Shown piece after piece: positions 50,184 through 62,598 of a stretch of DNA of 64,000 bases. The stretch's first letter is position 1, and the number at the start of each line of letters is the position of its first letter. Location: positions 199,329 to 263,328 of the forward strand of contig NW_003314266.1 in the NCBI RefSeq assembly GCF_000143415.4. The letters run 5' to 3'. Source of the stretch: Selaginella moellendorffii. Its lineage: Eukaryota; Plantae; Lycopodiophyta. The translations under genes were made by a program, and so were the position numbers. Below the pieces are notes generated by a model. It saw nothing but the letters and a program-made list of their open reading frames with translations. It was not told where the DNA came from and searched no databases.

Positions 50184-52469
50184 TTACGAGGAGGATGCGT
50201 GCTTCGAAACCCATTCCACCAAGGTCCCCACAGCGAATCCAGTCGCCATTTTCTTCTTCTCGTTCCACACGGGTCCGGCGATGTCGAGATGAGCCCAAGG
50301 AATTTTCTCATCGACAAACTATCCATCCATCAAGAATGGAAGAGATTAGAAGTTCTTCCACAACAAAACGAAAGAAGTACCTGTTTCAAGAAGAGCGACG
50401 CCGTTATGGATCCGCCAGGACGTCCACCCGTGTTCACCATGTCCGCGATTCCCGACTTCATCATCTCCCAGTAGTTTTCTTCCATTGGCATCCGCCATAG
50501 CTTCTCTCCCGCGGCGCTTGACGCTTGGGACAGTTCCTCCGCGAGCTCGTCGCTGGGAGTAAACATGCCTGTTTTGCCATGGAGTTAGAAAAACAATTCT
50601 AAGAGAGGACGTTACCTCCAATCTCGTTGCCCAACGCGATAATGCACGCTCCTGTCAAGGTTGCCAAATCCACGATCTGTTTTTGCAAAGAAGTTTAGCT
50701 CAGGTACTTGCTAGCTGCAAAAAGGTAGCTTTTACCTTGTCAACCTTGAGGTTGCAAGCATATACAAGCGCGTCCGCCAACGTTAGCCGGCCTTCCGCAT
50801 CAGTGTTGTTTACCTGAAACAACACAATCAAACCATTTCTGTGTTCTCAAAATCTTCGCACCTCAATCGTTTTCCCATTTGAAGCAGTGAGGATGTCGCC
50901 GGGTCTCATGCCCGCACCACTGATCATGTTTTCGCATGCCGCAACTATGAAATGGACCTGCAAGCATTCCCTCAGCACAATTATACGTAGCAAACGTGTG
51001 GAGAGTTACCTCCACTCCGAGAGGCTGAATAGCTCCAAGAGCTTTCGCTGCACCCAAGGCAGCTGCTGCGCCACCCATGTCAAACTTCATGAGCTCTATG
51101 CTCGAGCCTTGGATCTTCAAATTGTAGCCACCACTAGTTTAGCAAAAACGTTTAAGCAAACCACAATAACATGGAAGGAATGAAAGATACCTGTCAAATG
51201 TAAGTCCCTTGCCAATAATTGCCAGCTTCGTCTTGACATCCCCACTTGGTGGCTTGTACTGCAAATGGATGAACTTCGGAGGATTCACCGAAGCAGCAGC
51301 GACTCCAAGGTAAGATCCCATCTTCAGCTCCTTACACTCGGCTTCGTCAAGAATTTTGGCCGTGAAAACATCACTGTGAGAGGATGCTATACTTACAGCC
51401 TCCTCGGCGAGCGCACCTAGAATTTTCGACCAATGGTTACGAAGGAAAGAGAGTTTTCCAAGTCTAGAACTTACTAGGCGTAAGAACATTGGCAGGTGCA
51501 TTGACGAGCTGCCTTGCTGATATCACTCCAGTGCAAACTTTCACCAAGTTTTGGAGTTTTTTCTCTAGTTCCGGTGCCGACCCAAGGCCCAAAATCTCCA
51601 CTCTCTTCAACTTAGGTGCCTTTGGCTCTGATTTGAACCTTGTATCCTCAAAAGATCCCAGAATCACTCCTGCAAACTTAAAACGTTAGAGCGATCACGA
51701 ACAAAAGATGAATAGTTCGCGATACCTGAGGTAATGGCGGACGCTCCAGCGTTTGAATCAACTCCTTCTTGATCCAAAGCCGAGAGAACGATACCAACAG
51801 AGCTAGCTTGTGCTGTCTTTGCAGCAGCTGCAATGGATTCCCCAACTCCTTTCCACGGTCTGGCCAGCGAGCTCTTCTCCAATTTCCCAAGCCCGACAAG
51901 GCCAATCCTCTTGAAGCCCTGCCCGGGGATCCGCACAAACGATGCCTGGCCGGATTTCCCAGTGAAATCCTCCTCCGCTGCGACATCGGCCAGGAGCCCG
52001 TTTAAATCCTTGTCGAGAATTCCAAATGCCTCATCGCTCATCCCGCCCTCGAACACGGCAATTGCGAGCAAATCCCCCTTCCACTGCGATACGTCCAGCT
52101 CCGATACGCGCACTTCCAGCTAGAATCATCAGAAAGAAGAAAAGAAAAAGAAATCCCGACAGTCAGCCAAGAGAGATCGAAAAACCTTCGCTCTACCTCT
52201 GGAATCGGCTGCTCCGATGCCTTGGTGAGGCCGACCGTGGCAAGATCAGCCGCTGGTGACGACGAATCGAGCACTGTGCGCGCGTTTCCCACCTTTGTGG
52301 ACATATCGCGCGTCATGGCGGCGTAGCGGAGGCGAGGAAGAGGACGACGATTGGAAGCGCTGGCGCACAGACAGTGTGATGCGGCGCCTAGAACAGCGTC
52401 CGCGCCTAACCTCGCAGAAACCCTAGCCAAAACGTAGGCCCGGCCCCAAGCACATAGAGTGGCCGCCAT
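50184..52469 (-). CDS. LAP: Leucine aminopeptidase (M17), plastid-type transit peptide, multi-exon
   Basis: [65 protein letters not shown]. Confidence 0.96.
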
Positions 52470-53467
52470 AGCCTATGTTATACTCGCCTTGGCTATATGA
52501 CATGGTTCCCAGGGGAAAACGCCGACGTGGACATAAAAGTGCCGCTAGCGTGGCAAAACACAATCACTATGACATGATTAAAGTCCTGAAGAACACCGTC
52601 TCGTGTTTTCCGCCTGACACAAAGTTCATTTCGCCCATGCTAGGCAATTCTTCGTACGATCACCGCAGGCCTAGATCGATCCATTCTCTGTTAGCGAGCG
52701 CTAGAAGTGGAGAACCAAAAAATTCTTACTTCACGCTGCCAAAGTTTTGTCCCGCTCGCTCGAGATCGCAAGTTGCAAATCTGGCACAGTGCCAGAGATT
52801 TTAGTCATGAAATGAAACAGTGTGTGGCTCCAAGAAGAACTCTTACTGCTGGCCAGAGCTTTCCTCGGTCGAATGCGACTGGATAATCAATCCACCAAAG
52901 TTTTAAGACGCTAGAGCGAGATGATCCAAAGGAGCAAAGGCGGTATCTAGTGACAAAGAGATACTTGCTTGGAGAAAAAAGACTCTTACTTCGAGGAACT
53001 CGCAGCGAGCGCTGATTGATGGACTTCTTTTTAAAAGCTCGCTAGCTAGTACTCGTACGTGGATATGTTCTTCCCGAGGAGGCTAGAAGCAAGGAAACAA
53101 ACAGGGAATTAGGCAAAGAAGAGCCTCAATCAGAGCCACCGACCATTCAGTGCATCAAAGAGCTGGCTGTGCGAAAGAAGACACTGGCCTGGTAGATCCG
53201 TTCGTAGTCCATTCCCATCGCCTCTCTCGCCTCGATTCTCGCTCGTTCTACCCCGTTTCTACACGAAATATCAATTGAATATTGCGCAATCGCCAAATCC
53301 CTGGAAAAAAAGCTCTAAGATCATGCTTGCCGGCGCCATCTCCACCTCGATCTAGCGCCAGCGCTCTCAACCTCGACGAGAAATCTCTCGCATTGTCCAG
53401 CGCCACTCCAAGAGCCCTAAAAATACAAACAAATAGATTCCCACTTTTAAAAATCAAACGTTCCTTC

Positions 53468-55151
53468 CTATTGGTGGCTCCCTTGTTGCTTGCCCGACGC
53501 GAAGCTTACACCGTTGCATGGAGATGCCGACGCCGATGCCAAAAGATTCTCGCCGGTCGATCCACTCCTGGCCGCTGCTGCCGCCTCCAATCTCCTCCAC
53601 TTGGCCTCCCTCTTGTCCTCCACCACCTTGTGCTTGGCCTCCTCCTCCTCAAACCTCTTCTGGCACTCGCTAAACAGCTCGGGATCCATCTCTACCAGCA
53701 TCTTGCGGACGTTGAGCGTCAAGTTGTGGACCGTCTGGTTCCAGTGGCTCCGGCTGTTCTTCTCCAGCGAGCTGAACACCAGCGGAAGAATCACTTGCCG
53801 GTTCTGCGCAACCAGGTTGACAATGTGATCGTTGTTCCAGAGAAACAGCGCTCTCTCGGCTACCTGTGCGAGAAAGAAAAACCAGTTTTTGTTAGCTTTC
53901 GATCCTGGCAGCGTGAACACTACTGACCTGGAAGTGAGAGCTGTTGAGGCAGCGCGCGAGCTGACGAAACAACGGGACCATACAGCGCTGGAACTCGGCG
54001 GCTTGAGTTCCTTCCAGGATCTCCTCCATCTCGCCCAGGAAGAGCACCTCTTTCTGGCTGTTGACAACGGGCCAGTACTTGAGGAGCCCCCGGATGACCG
54101 TGTCCGCCAGCTTCAGATCCTTCTCCACGAACTGCGTGATGCAGTACGAGAGCTGCTGGTGGTACTGCGACACGAACCTCGGCTTGTGCAGCGGGATGAG
54201 CGCCCGGACGAGGAAGAGCTTGTGCTCTTCCTTGAGCGGCAGCGCGAAGCCGTTGATGATGCTCCCCAGGATCTCGAGCAGCTCCGCGATGCCGTTGTGC
54301 CTCTCGGTCTCGAAGATGAACCGATAGAAGATGTTGTTGATGGCCTTCCGGATGAATGGCCGGTGGACCATGAACTTGCCGTAAATCCTGTGAAGGATGG
54401 TCTTGAGGTAGTCCCTCTCCCTGGGATCGTCCGAGTCGAACAGGTCCAGAAGCCTCAGGACGAAGGCGTGGTCGACGTATCTCTTGGCGATCTTGGCGTC
54501 CGTGTCAGTCGAAACCACGTAGCGCAGCAAAAACTCGTAGACGAGCTGCAAGTGTGGCCATGCAGGATCCATGATCGGCTCCTCCTCCTCTTGCTCCAAG
54601 CTCTCCGACGACCCCGACAAATCCCTCGCGGATGGCGGCAAAGATCGGTGGATGTTGGCTGTGACCATCTTCACAACCTCCTCCGACACCACCTCGTTGA
54701 GCTTCCCCGTCGTCCCCGAAGAGATGTAGTCGACGAGCTCCAGCAGCGTCTGGCGCTTCATCTCTTTCTCCTTTGGATTCTTGGACGAGTCCGTGAAGTC
54801 GAAGGTGATGGAGCAGAGCTTGAGCTTCCGGACGAGTAGCGCTTGGCGGTCGGAGCTGGGAACGTCCTTGAGCGACACTAGCGGATCTGAGAAAGAGGTG
54901 GGTTGTCCATTCAAGGAGCTCTGGAGCTCCAGAGGCTTCGCTTGCAAGCTCTGGTGCTGCTGCTGCTGTATCAAAGGGCCGGAGCTACTCCTATAAGCGG
55001 TGGCAGCAGTAGCGCTGGATTTCCCGGCCGCCGCACCCGCGCGACCATTCTGATGAGCTACCCCATTGGATTTCCTATCCCCGGACGATTCATTGTCCAC
55101 TTTGGTCGATGCCGAGAGCTTGGGAAACCAATACCGCCATTTCTTCTTCAT
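53468..55151 (-). CDS. Protein phosphatase 2A B' (B56) regulatory subunit, one coding intron near 53864-53927
   Basis: [76 protein letters not shown]. Confidence 0.97.
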
Positions 55152-55650
55152 CCCTGCGCCGGGCGAGCCTCACATCTAGCAATGTATCCCTTCCCTGCCG
55201 CAGATCCTTTCCCCAGCGGCGGCCTAAAACCCTCAAATTCCGGAGATCCACGCCGATCTTACCTCGCAGCCAGCGAATGCGCGGCATTCTCCATACCTCG
55301 CGAAGAACAGCCGGATCTGTGGCCGGCAGATCCAGCCCATGGGGAGGCGACCCCCGCCGATTCGTGGCCACAGTAGGGATTGCAGCCGCGGCAGCTCAAT
55401 CGCGAGCGGATCTTCGCTGCTCGTCCCTCTCTCCTGGCAAACCCTAGGCGCTATCTATCCATCCATCGCAGCCGCAAACAATACTCTAGCAATGAGATAG
55501 AATATATAAGTGATTATAGCCCCAAAGCTCTGGCAAAATAAATGAGAGGATTCTAGATCCTTGGAATCTCCCCCCACGAAAGAAGAGCTCTTCTTCCAAT
55601 CTTGCTTTCGATCGTTCGTTCGTCATGCTACATTTCTCGATCCGGGAGGA

Positions 55651-57735
55651 ATGCCAGCTCCAAGCGCGCAGGATCTCGCGGCGGCGGCGCGGCAGTGCGG
55701 CGGTGCCAGGGATCTCGCCTCCGCCCGACGCCTGCACGCTAGGGTTTGCTCCAGCGAGCACCGCGCGAGCCTCTTCCTCGCGAATCTGCTCATCGAGATG
55801 TACGGGCGATGCGGCGGCGTGGAGGACGCGCGCCAGTTGTTCCTCTCGCTGCCGGATCCCAATGTTTTCTCCTGGAATATCATGATCCAGTGCCTGATCC
55901 AGAATGGACTCGTCGAGGAGGCAGCGGGGATGTTTGATCAGATGCCGGTCAGGAGCATCGTCTCCTGGAATTCCATGATCGCGGCGAATGCTCACGCTGG
56001 AAACATGCGCCAGGCACTGGATCTCTTCGATCGGATGCCGCAGAAGGACATCGTCTCTTGGAACTCGATCGTCTCTGGCTACGTCCAAAGCGGAGAAATC
56101 TCGAAAGCGCTAGCTCTCTTCGATCGGATGCCCGAGCGCGATGTTTTCTCTTGGTCAGCGGCGATCATAGCAAATGCCCAGATAGGGAATCTTGCTGCCG
56201 CTGTGATCATCTTCTCCACAATGGCGGAGTGGAATGTGATCGCCTGGAACTCCATGATCACCTTGTACGCACAGAATGGATTCCTCCGTCACGCCAAGAT
56301 CTGCTTCGATTCGATGCCCGAGCGAGACATGGCTTCCTGGAATGCGATGCTGGCAGCATTTGCCCATGGCGGGATGATCCAAGAGGCGATCGATCTCTAC
56401 CACCTGATGCCACGATGGGACACTCTCTCCTGGAACGTAATGATCTTCGTGTTCGCGGCGGCAGGAAAGATCCACAGAGCCAGGGAGATCTTCGACAGCC
56501 AGCGAGAGAGAAGCCCGAGCTCTTGGAACTCGATGATCGCGGCCTACGCGCAGATGGGCGATTTGGAAGAAGCTCGCAGGCTGCTGGAAGCGATGGCGCT
56601 GCCGGATCCTCTGTCCTGGGCACCACTGCTAGCTGCTTACGCACAGAAGGGAGAGATCGCGGAAGCAAAATCCCTGTTTGATCGGCTGGATCGCAACAAG
56701 AGCATCGTCTCCGCAAACTCGATGATCTCGGCCTACACGATCTCCGGCAAGATCGACGCGGCTGCCACGATCTTCGACCAGATGCCCCAGAGAAATACAG
56801 CGACTTGGAACGCGATGCTCGCGGCGTATGCCCAAAGCGGCGATGTCTCCACCACGACCAGATTCTTCCACTCCATGCCGGCTCGCAGCGTCGTCTCGTG
56901 GACCACCATGATCGCGGCAATGAGCGAGAGCGGCGATCCAGGCCTGGCCAGGAAGATCTTTGACGGAATGTTGGATCGAAGCACTGTCTCCTGGAACTCG
57001 ATGATCACGGGGTATGCCAGTAACGCTCTCTCCGACCAAGCGATTGCGCTCTTCCAGCTGATGATCGCGGAAGGAGTCCAGCCCGATGAGATCACTTTCG
57101 TGGCTGCTCTAGCCGCTTGCGCCGACTCGCAAGACTTAGAACAAGGCCAGCGAATCCATAGCATGATCGCGGAGTACGATTCCAAGGCAACTTCCACCAC
57201 CATCGCCACCAGCGTTTCTTCGTCTCTCATCGCCATGTATGGGAAGTGTGGCTGCCTCGAGACCGCTGCTCACGTCTTCCACAGCGTTGCTCGCAAGGAT
57301 CTGGTCTGCTGGAACGCGATGATCGCGATTTACGGCCAAGCTGGTCACATCGTCCGGTCCCTCGAGACCTTTCACAGCCTACACCTGGAAGGAATGCTGC
57401 CGGATCAAGTCACGTTCGTCTGCGTTCTAGCTGCGTGTAGCCACGCTGGTCTGCTCGAAGTTGGCTACCAGATCTTCTGCTCGATCACTGTGAGCTACGG
57501 TCTATCCTTGCTCGGAGATCACTGCCGCTGCATGGTTGATCTCCTCGGACGCTCTGGCCGGCTGGAAGAGGCGGAGGAGTTGATACGTTCCATGCCATCC
57601 CAGGCGGGGAGCTCCGCCTGGACGAGCCTGCTTGCTTCTTGCCGGATCCATAGCGACGCACGGCGAGCCGCCAGAGCCGGGCGGTATGCTAAAGCACCAG
57701 TTTTGCTCACCAATATCCTCGTCGAAAGTCACTGA
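55651..57735 (+). CDS. PLS-class PPR protein with many 31-aa short repeats and a C-terminal E-type extension, no DYW; likely organellar RNA editing factor
   Basis: Repeated FDxMPxRxxVSWNSMI, VLAACSHAGL, CMVDLLGRSGRLEEAE, WTSLLASCRIH, VLLTNI. Confidence 0.94.
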   Translation: MPAPSAQDLAAAARQCGGARDLASARRLHARVCSSEHRASLFLANLLIEMYGRCGGVEDARQLFLSLPDPNVFSWNIMIQCLIQNGLVEEAAGMFDQMPVRSIVSWNSMIAANAHAGNMRQALDLFDRMPQKDIVSWNSIVSGYVQSGEISKALALFDRMPERDVFSWSAAIIANAQIGNLAAAVIIFSTMAEWNVIAWNSMITLYAQNGFLRHAKICFDSMPERDMASWNAMLAAFAHGGMIQEAIDLYHLMPRWDTLSWNVMIFVFAAAGKIHRAREIFDSQRERSPSSWNSMIAAYAQMGDLEEARRLLEAMALPDPLSWAPLLAAYAQKGEIAEAKSLFDRLDRNKSIVSANSMISAYTISGKIDAAATIFDQMPQRNTATWNAMLAAYAQSGDVSTTTRFFHSMPARSVVSWTTMIAAMSESGDPGLARKIFDGMLDRSTVSWNSMITGYASNALSDQAIALFQLMIAEGVQPDEITFVAALAACADSQDLEQGQRIHSMIAEYDSKATSTTIATSVSSSLIAMYGKCGCLETAAHVFHSVARKDLVCWNAMIAIYGQAGHIVRSLETFHSLHLEGMLPDQVTFVCVLAACSHAGLLEVGYQIFCSITVSYGLSLLGDHCRCMVDLLGRSGRLEEAEELIRSMPSQAGSSAWTSLLASCRIHSDARRAARAGRYAKAPVLLTNILVESH

Positions 57736-57828
57736 GTTTTTTATTTTTTTGTTTTCCATAGATCATAGGCGAGAAGTATCGATGAAGAACACGAAACAAT
57801 ATCCTTCGCGTAGAGCTGTAAAACGTTG

Positions 57829-57955
57829 AATATTGTTGTGACGCTTCGATGCTGCAAAGTTTTGAAATTTGTAGCAAAATAGACTACCTTTTCCCACAGG
57901 AGCAGCGTTTCGCAGGCGTCAAATTCATATTCCAGTGGCTCGTAGATTTTAGATT
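57829..57955 (-). pseudogene. GT29 sialyltransferase-like fragment
   Basis: [21 protein letters not shown] matches about 61585-61655; the adjacent sequence matches about 61512-61540. Confidence 0.88.
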
Positions 57956-58174
57956 GCCTCCTTAACATATTTCTATGTCGTGCACAAGTGTGTTTATAGT
58001 CCTGCTGTGAAGCATTCCACTTGTTGGAGGTAGGAACTGTAGTGTTCGTCAGCGAATTGTTGTTAACAAGCAAGTAGCAAGAAAAAAAATTTGAAGAAAG
58101 CATAACATGAGTTTGATAAAACCACTGTAGTGTTTGACTCCTCGGAATCCATTTTTTTTATGTTCCCATGCGCT

Positions 58175-58199
58175 CCACGTGGTTGTGGTAGTATAAAAT
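58175..58199 (+). promoter_or_regulatory. G-box (CCACGTGG) plus TATA box upstream of EUL copy 1
   Basis: CCACGTGG at 58175-58182, TATAAAAT at 58192-58199, ATG at 58254. Confidence 0.55.
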
Positions 58200-58253
58200 G
58201 GCGCAGTTTCCAGCCTAACTCTCACTCCTCTCTAGTGTGTTTCTTATAAGATC

Positions 58254-59566
58254 ATGGCTCTCACAGCAGCTCCAAAGTTCTACAGCATCGAGTCAGTTGC
58301 TTATCCTGGCTACTATGTTACTCAGCAAGGCACCCAGATCGTTCTCAAGTCCAAGGACGCGCTCAATCCCTTCCAGGTAATCCGTGATCCAGATCTAGAA
58401 CTTATCAAGATCACGTAGAACTTATCAAAGTTTTTATCATCTTGGCTTTGATGGGGAAACTCTTCTGCAGCTGTGGTACAGGGACGAGTCATGGCAGTTC
58501 CTGACCCAGGATACCAGTGACCTCCCTGCGTTCGTGTTTATAAACCACGGCTCCAAGAAAGCTCTCCGCTCCCAGGAAATCGCAACTTCTCGACACGTTG
58601 CCAAGGTATAGCATCACTGCGAGTTTGTCTCACTTGAATACGTTTGCTCAAAATGAAATGAAAGGCTACTGTTCGAGACTATGATCCGGCTGCCGAGGAC
58701 GATTCTCTCTTCTGGTCTGTTGGCCGACGCTCGGACGATCAAGTTTCGATCACAGTGACTGGGAATTCGTCTGTGTTCTTGAGCCACACTTCCTCAAGTT
58801 CCAACTTCAAAGACGGGGTGCCGGTGGTGACATCCACCAACGGTGGAAGCTCCCGGTGGAAGCTCGTCACTTACGGTAATCCTCTGGACTTGTGGCCAAT
58901 TCCCTTTGATCTTCTCGTTGTGCTGCACAGAGCCTTCTCAAGTCTACAGGATTCTGTGTCACTGGTTTGGGAATTACTTGACTTGGAAGCAGCAAAATGT
59001 GGACGTAACTTTCAAGGATGCAATCAAGCACAACGACGAGACAAACGTGGTGGCTGTTAGTCCAAACAACATTTCCCTTGACGGCATGGTTTGTAACTTT
59101 GATCTGACACTATCATCTTGGATCTCACATGTGGTATCATAATAGATATGGTACAAGGTTCCCGCCGGAGGCCGAGACGACACCACGTACTTCACCTCGT
59201 TCATCCTCATAAACAAGGTGACTGGTTTAGCACTCAAAGGGTCGACAAAGCCGGGAGACAAGGTACTCTTTGAAAACTTTGAGGAACTTTCCAAACTAAA
59301 CTTGACGATCATCGCAGGTGCTCTTGACTCAATATGATCCTCTCGACTACAACTTCGTGTGGTCTGAGAACCGATTCCAGGCTTCAAACACGGACTATCT
59401 CGCGATCAATCTGGATGGAACAAACTTGCAGTGGGCTCTGCAGAACGATGATCAGTACCAGAACAGTGCGTGGTACCATCCTCTTACGCTCCGCCCGGCA
59501 TCTGCAAACCAAGGATATCTTGAGCAGCAGGCCTGGAAATTCAATCCAGTGGTGGCAGGCAGTTAA
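58254..59566 (+). CDS. Two-domain Euonymus-lectin (EUL, ricin-B fold) family protein, copy 1, 6 exons
   Basis: QLWYRDESW...LPAFVFINHGSKKAL...YDPAAEDDSLFWS...FKDGVPVV...RWKLV. Second domain: IWYKV...SFILINKVTGLALK...LTQYDPLDYNFVWSE...QQAWKF. Confidence 0.85.
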
Positions 59567-59639
59567 CCATGAACCATGCTGTACTCATTACCAGTTTTCT
59601 TCTTGCAAATAAAACTCCCTGTTTGATTATGATCGGCTC

Positions 59640-60135
59640 GATCATCGTCTCCGCAAACACGATGATCTCAGGCTAACCTCCGGCAAGATCGCCTCAGCTC
59701 CCAGGATCTTCGAGATGTCCCGCGACGTCGTAAGCCCAAAGCGGCGATGTCTAGATTCTTCCATGTCTCTTGGATGATCGCGATTTGGCCACGCTGGTCG
59801 CATCGTCCGGTCCCTCAAGATCATTCACAGCTTCCACCTGAAAGGAATGCTGCCGGATCAAGTCACGTTCGTCTGCGTTCTAGCTGCGTGTAGCCACGCT
59901 GGTCTGCTCGAAGTTGCATACGAGATCTTCTGCTCCATCACTGTGAACTACGGGCTTTCCTTGCTGCCGCTGCATGGTTGATCTCCTCGGATGCTCTGGC
60001 CAGTAGGAAGAGGCCGATGCATGCCATCGCAGCCGGGGAGCTCTGGCTGGACGAGCCTGCTAGCTTCCTGCCGGATCCATAGTGACGCACGGCGAGCTGC
60101 CAGAGCCAGTTTGCGTCCTCGTCGAGAGTCACTAA
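59640..60135 (+). pseudogene. Deleted copy of the 3' half of the PPR gene
   Basis: Collinear, deletion-riddled match to 56700-57735. Confidence 0.92.
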
Positions 60136-62174
60136 GATTTTTTTTGTTTCCCATGGCTGCGTTGCTGCTCCTGCTGTGGTCTGATGCACACCAGGTCCTC
60201 GAGCTTGTTGCCGTCGATCTTGTACATGGTGACGCCTTCCATGGCGCGGTAATGGTGTTGAGCTTGACTCCTCAGGGAGTTCACGCTTGTTTTCTCCCAC
60301 TTTGAGTAGTTTGAGTTCTTGCGGGACTCGCTCATGTCTTTTGATCCTGACAGGCGTCCATTTCGAGATGAACTTCCCCATACTTTGCAGTTCTTGAAAG
60401 CTCCCTGGTCTTTGCCTGGCTTTCGTTTGTGTCCCATTGCTGCGTAGTAGGCTGCGTTTACTGTCGCTCGGGTCGGAATGACCGACCAGTCTTGCTTTCT
60501 GGCTTCTCGCATTGGAGAATGCAGCCTCATTGTCTGCATACATGGAGACTGTCAATGATAATCCATAGTCGTTCTTCTTACCCCGAGGCATTCCAACAGT
60601 TGATAGTAGGCTCTGCCTTGTAGTGGATTGTGTCCCTTGCGAGGAGCCGAAAAGTAACGAGTCCTATAGATGAAAAGAATGGTACAATGATAAGTTAGAA
60701 GAAGTGTGAGTCAATACCATTCCGTGTAGCCTGGATCCACCGTAAAACCATACATATCCACCGAGTCACACATTGACAAGGCGAGCTCCAAAGACTTAAT
60801 GCCTGTCCCTTTCGCTCCCCGACGGAAAACTACACCTTGGAACAAGTAGACAGGATTCGGAAGAAGCTGTAAAAGATAAAACTCAGTTAGCAAACACCAT
60901 AGCAAGCGTCAAAGGCCCTATTACTTTTATTTTAGCGTTGAAGTCCCGATGTATAACACTCTTGATAATCAACACTTCATCATCTGCAAAAATCCTCTTT
61001 TGCATTAAGCCAGTACTTTGTTCATAGACTTCTACTACGTACCAGATCCCTTTGCAACCTCAAGCAGATTTCTTACTACTCCACGAGCCATCAATCGAAA
61101 ACTCCGTTTCATGCCAACATGCTTTGCGTATTTCTGTGAAATGGAAGCAACTTTTGCGAGCTCAGTAGTACGCAACCTTTGTGAGGTGATTACCGTGGTC
61201 ACTGGTGCCTCATTGTCTCGGATGACAATATCGTGAGCATCTATCTCCTTTCCAAACTCCGTCTTTAAAAGGTCTCCCGAGTTTCCCACCACCGCACACG
61301 TCCTAAACTGGCGCGGCCAAAACGGTGGCTTTGGCGGTAGTATCAACTCGAGATGTTCTTCGCACAGGCTTCGGTTGGAACAGTTAGCTGCACCCCTGCA
61401 CAACTAGATTAAAAACTTCCATCAACATCAAGCTTAGCTTACAGTTGAGCTATTCGTTTTGCAGCGTAGTCCATCCAGCCATCGGGACGTGCATCCAAAT
61501 ACTCGCGAGTCAATATCGTTGTGACGTTTCGATACTGCAAACTCAAAAGCGTTATTTGAATCAAGAGCAAAATTTGCAGCAAAGTACCTGTTCCCACAGG
61601 AGCAGCGTCTCGCAGACGTCAAATTCATATTCCAGTGGCTCGTAGATTTTGAACTGCTCATTACGCTGTACCGAGTAAACTTGTAAGCTTCGATCACGCA
61701 AAAATATTGTTAGTTACTTACCCAGGTACTATTTGTTCCCTCCGGATATTTCAGCACGATCTTGCAAGCATCCTTCACGGTTGCAGTCAATCCAAGCCCA
61801 TTTCTTTCCTGTAAAAAGAAAGCATTGAAGTATCACTACTCTCCAACGAAGAAAACAAAGGAAAGAACATATAAGATCGAGAAAACTTACCACGCATTTT
61901 TGGACTTGACGCTGGAACGAATCAAGCGTAGAAGCGTCCCGATCTCGCAAGAAAAAGAAAAATCCTGGGCGCTGCAAGCCTACATTTCTCCCGCAACAAA
62001 GATCGATCGATCCACATCCAACAATCGCAGCGAGATACCTTCCAAGAAGAAGAGCCCTTGGGGCGCCAGGAACAGGAGGCAGATCAGGGACACCAGCGCC
62101 GCAATCGCGAGTGGGAGCGACAGTAGCAAGGCTCGCTGCCGCCGCTGCTGCTTGGGCGGCTGCTTCCACGCCAT
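60132..62174 (-). CDS. Glycosyltransferase family 29 sialyltransferase-like protein (SIA1/MGP2-like), multi-exon
   Basis: Type II TM anchor; [10 protein letters not shown]...[15 protein letters not shown] (sialylmotif L); [22 protein letters not shown] (motif S); [11 protein letters not shown]. Confidence 0.94.
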
Positions 62175-62285
62175 TTTTCGCCCCCTCCTACGCACGGATC
62201 AAGCGAGCTCCTCCCTGTAAACCTAGCTCGGGGAGCAATGCTCAGCTGTCAGATTAAAGCAGGCTCAGTTAATTAAAATGTTAAT

Positions 62286-62340
62286 GGAGGTATAGCTCAG
62301 CGGCTGCAGTCCGATAGGTCACCAGTTCAATCCTTCGCCA
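62286..62340 (+). pseudogene. Truncated tRNA-Cys(GCA)-derived sequence
   Basis: GGAGGTATAGCTCAGCGG (A box), CTGCAG anticodon loop, AGGTCACCAGTTCAATCC (B-box-like). The D-arm/anticodon 5' stem and the acceptor 3' strand are deleted. Confidence 0.6.
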
Positions 62341-62598
62341 ATAAATTATCAAAACAAATCTGTCAGCGTTGGTCTTTATAAGCTGGACGCCACCATCGAT
62401 AACCTTTCAGCCAACGCTACAAAGTCAGTGTAAGAAGTGTAAGAAGTGTAAGGAAGTGGAAGGCAGTGTGAAACACATGGGATAATGCGAGAGAAGCTGC
62501 CACTGTATAAATTGGCATACGTTCAAAGAGCTCTATAACTTCACACTCATCCCTTTGGCTTCTCAAAAGCTTTAGTCTTTTCTTAAGAGTTTAGAGAC

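Noticed and set aside
53282-54839. Long plus-strand ORFs (214 and 335 aa)
   Set aside because: Antisense shadows of the GC3-rich PP2A B' coding sequence.
56058-57236. Multiple overlapping ORFs within the PPR gene
   Set aside because: Stop-poor alternative frames of a GC-rich repetitive CDS; no independent motifs.
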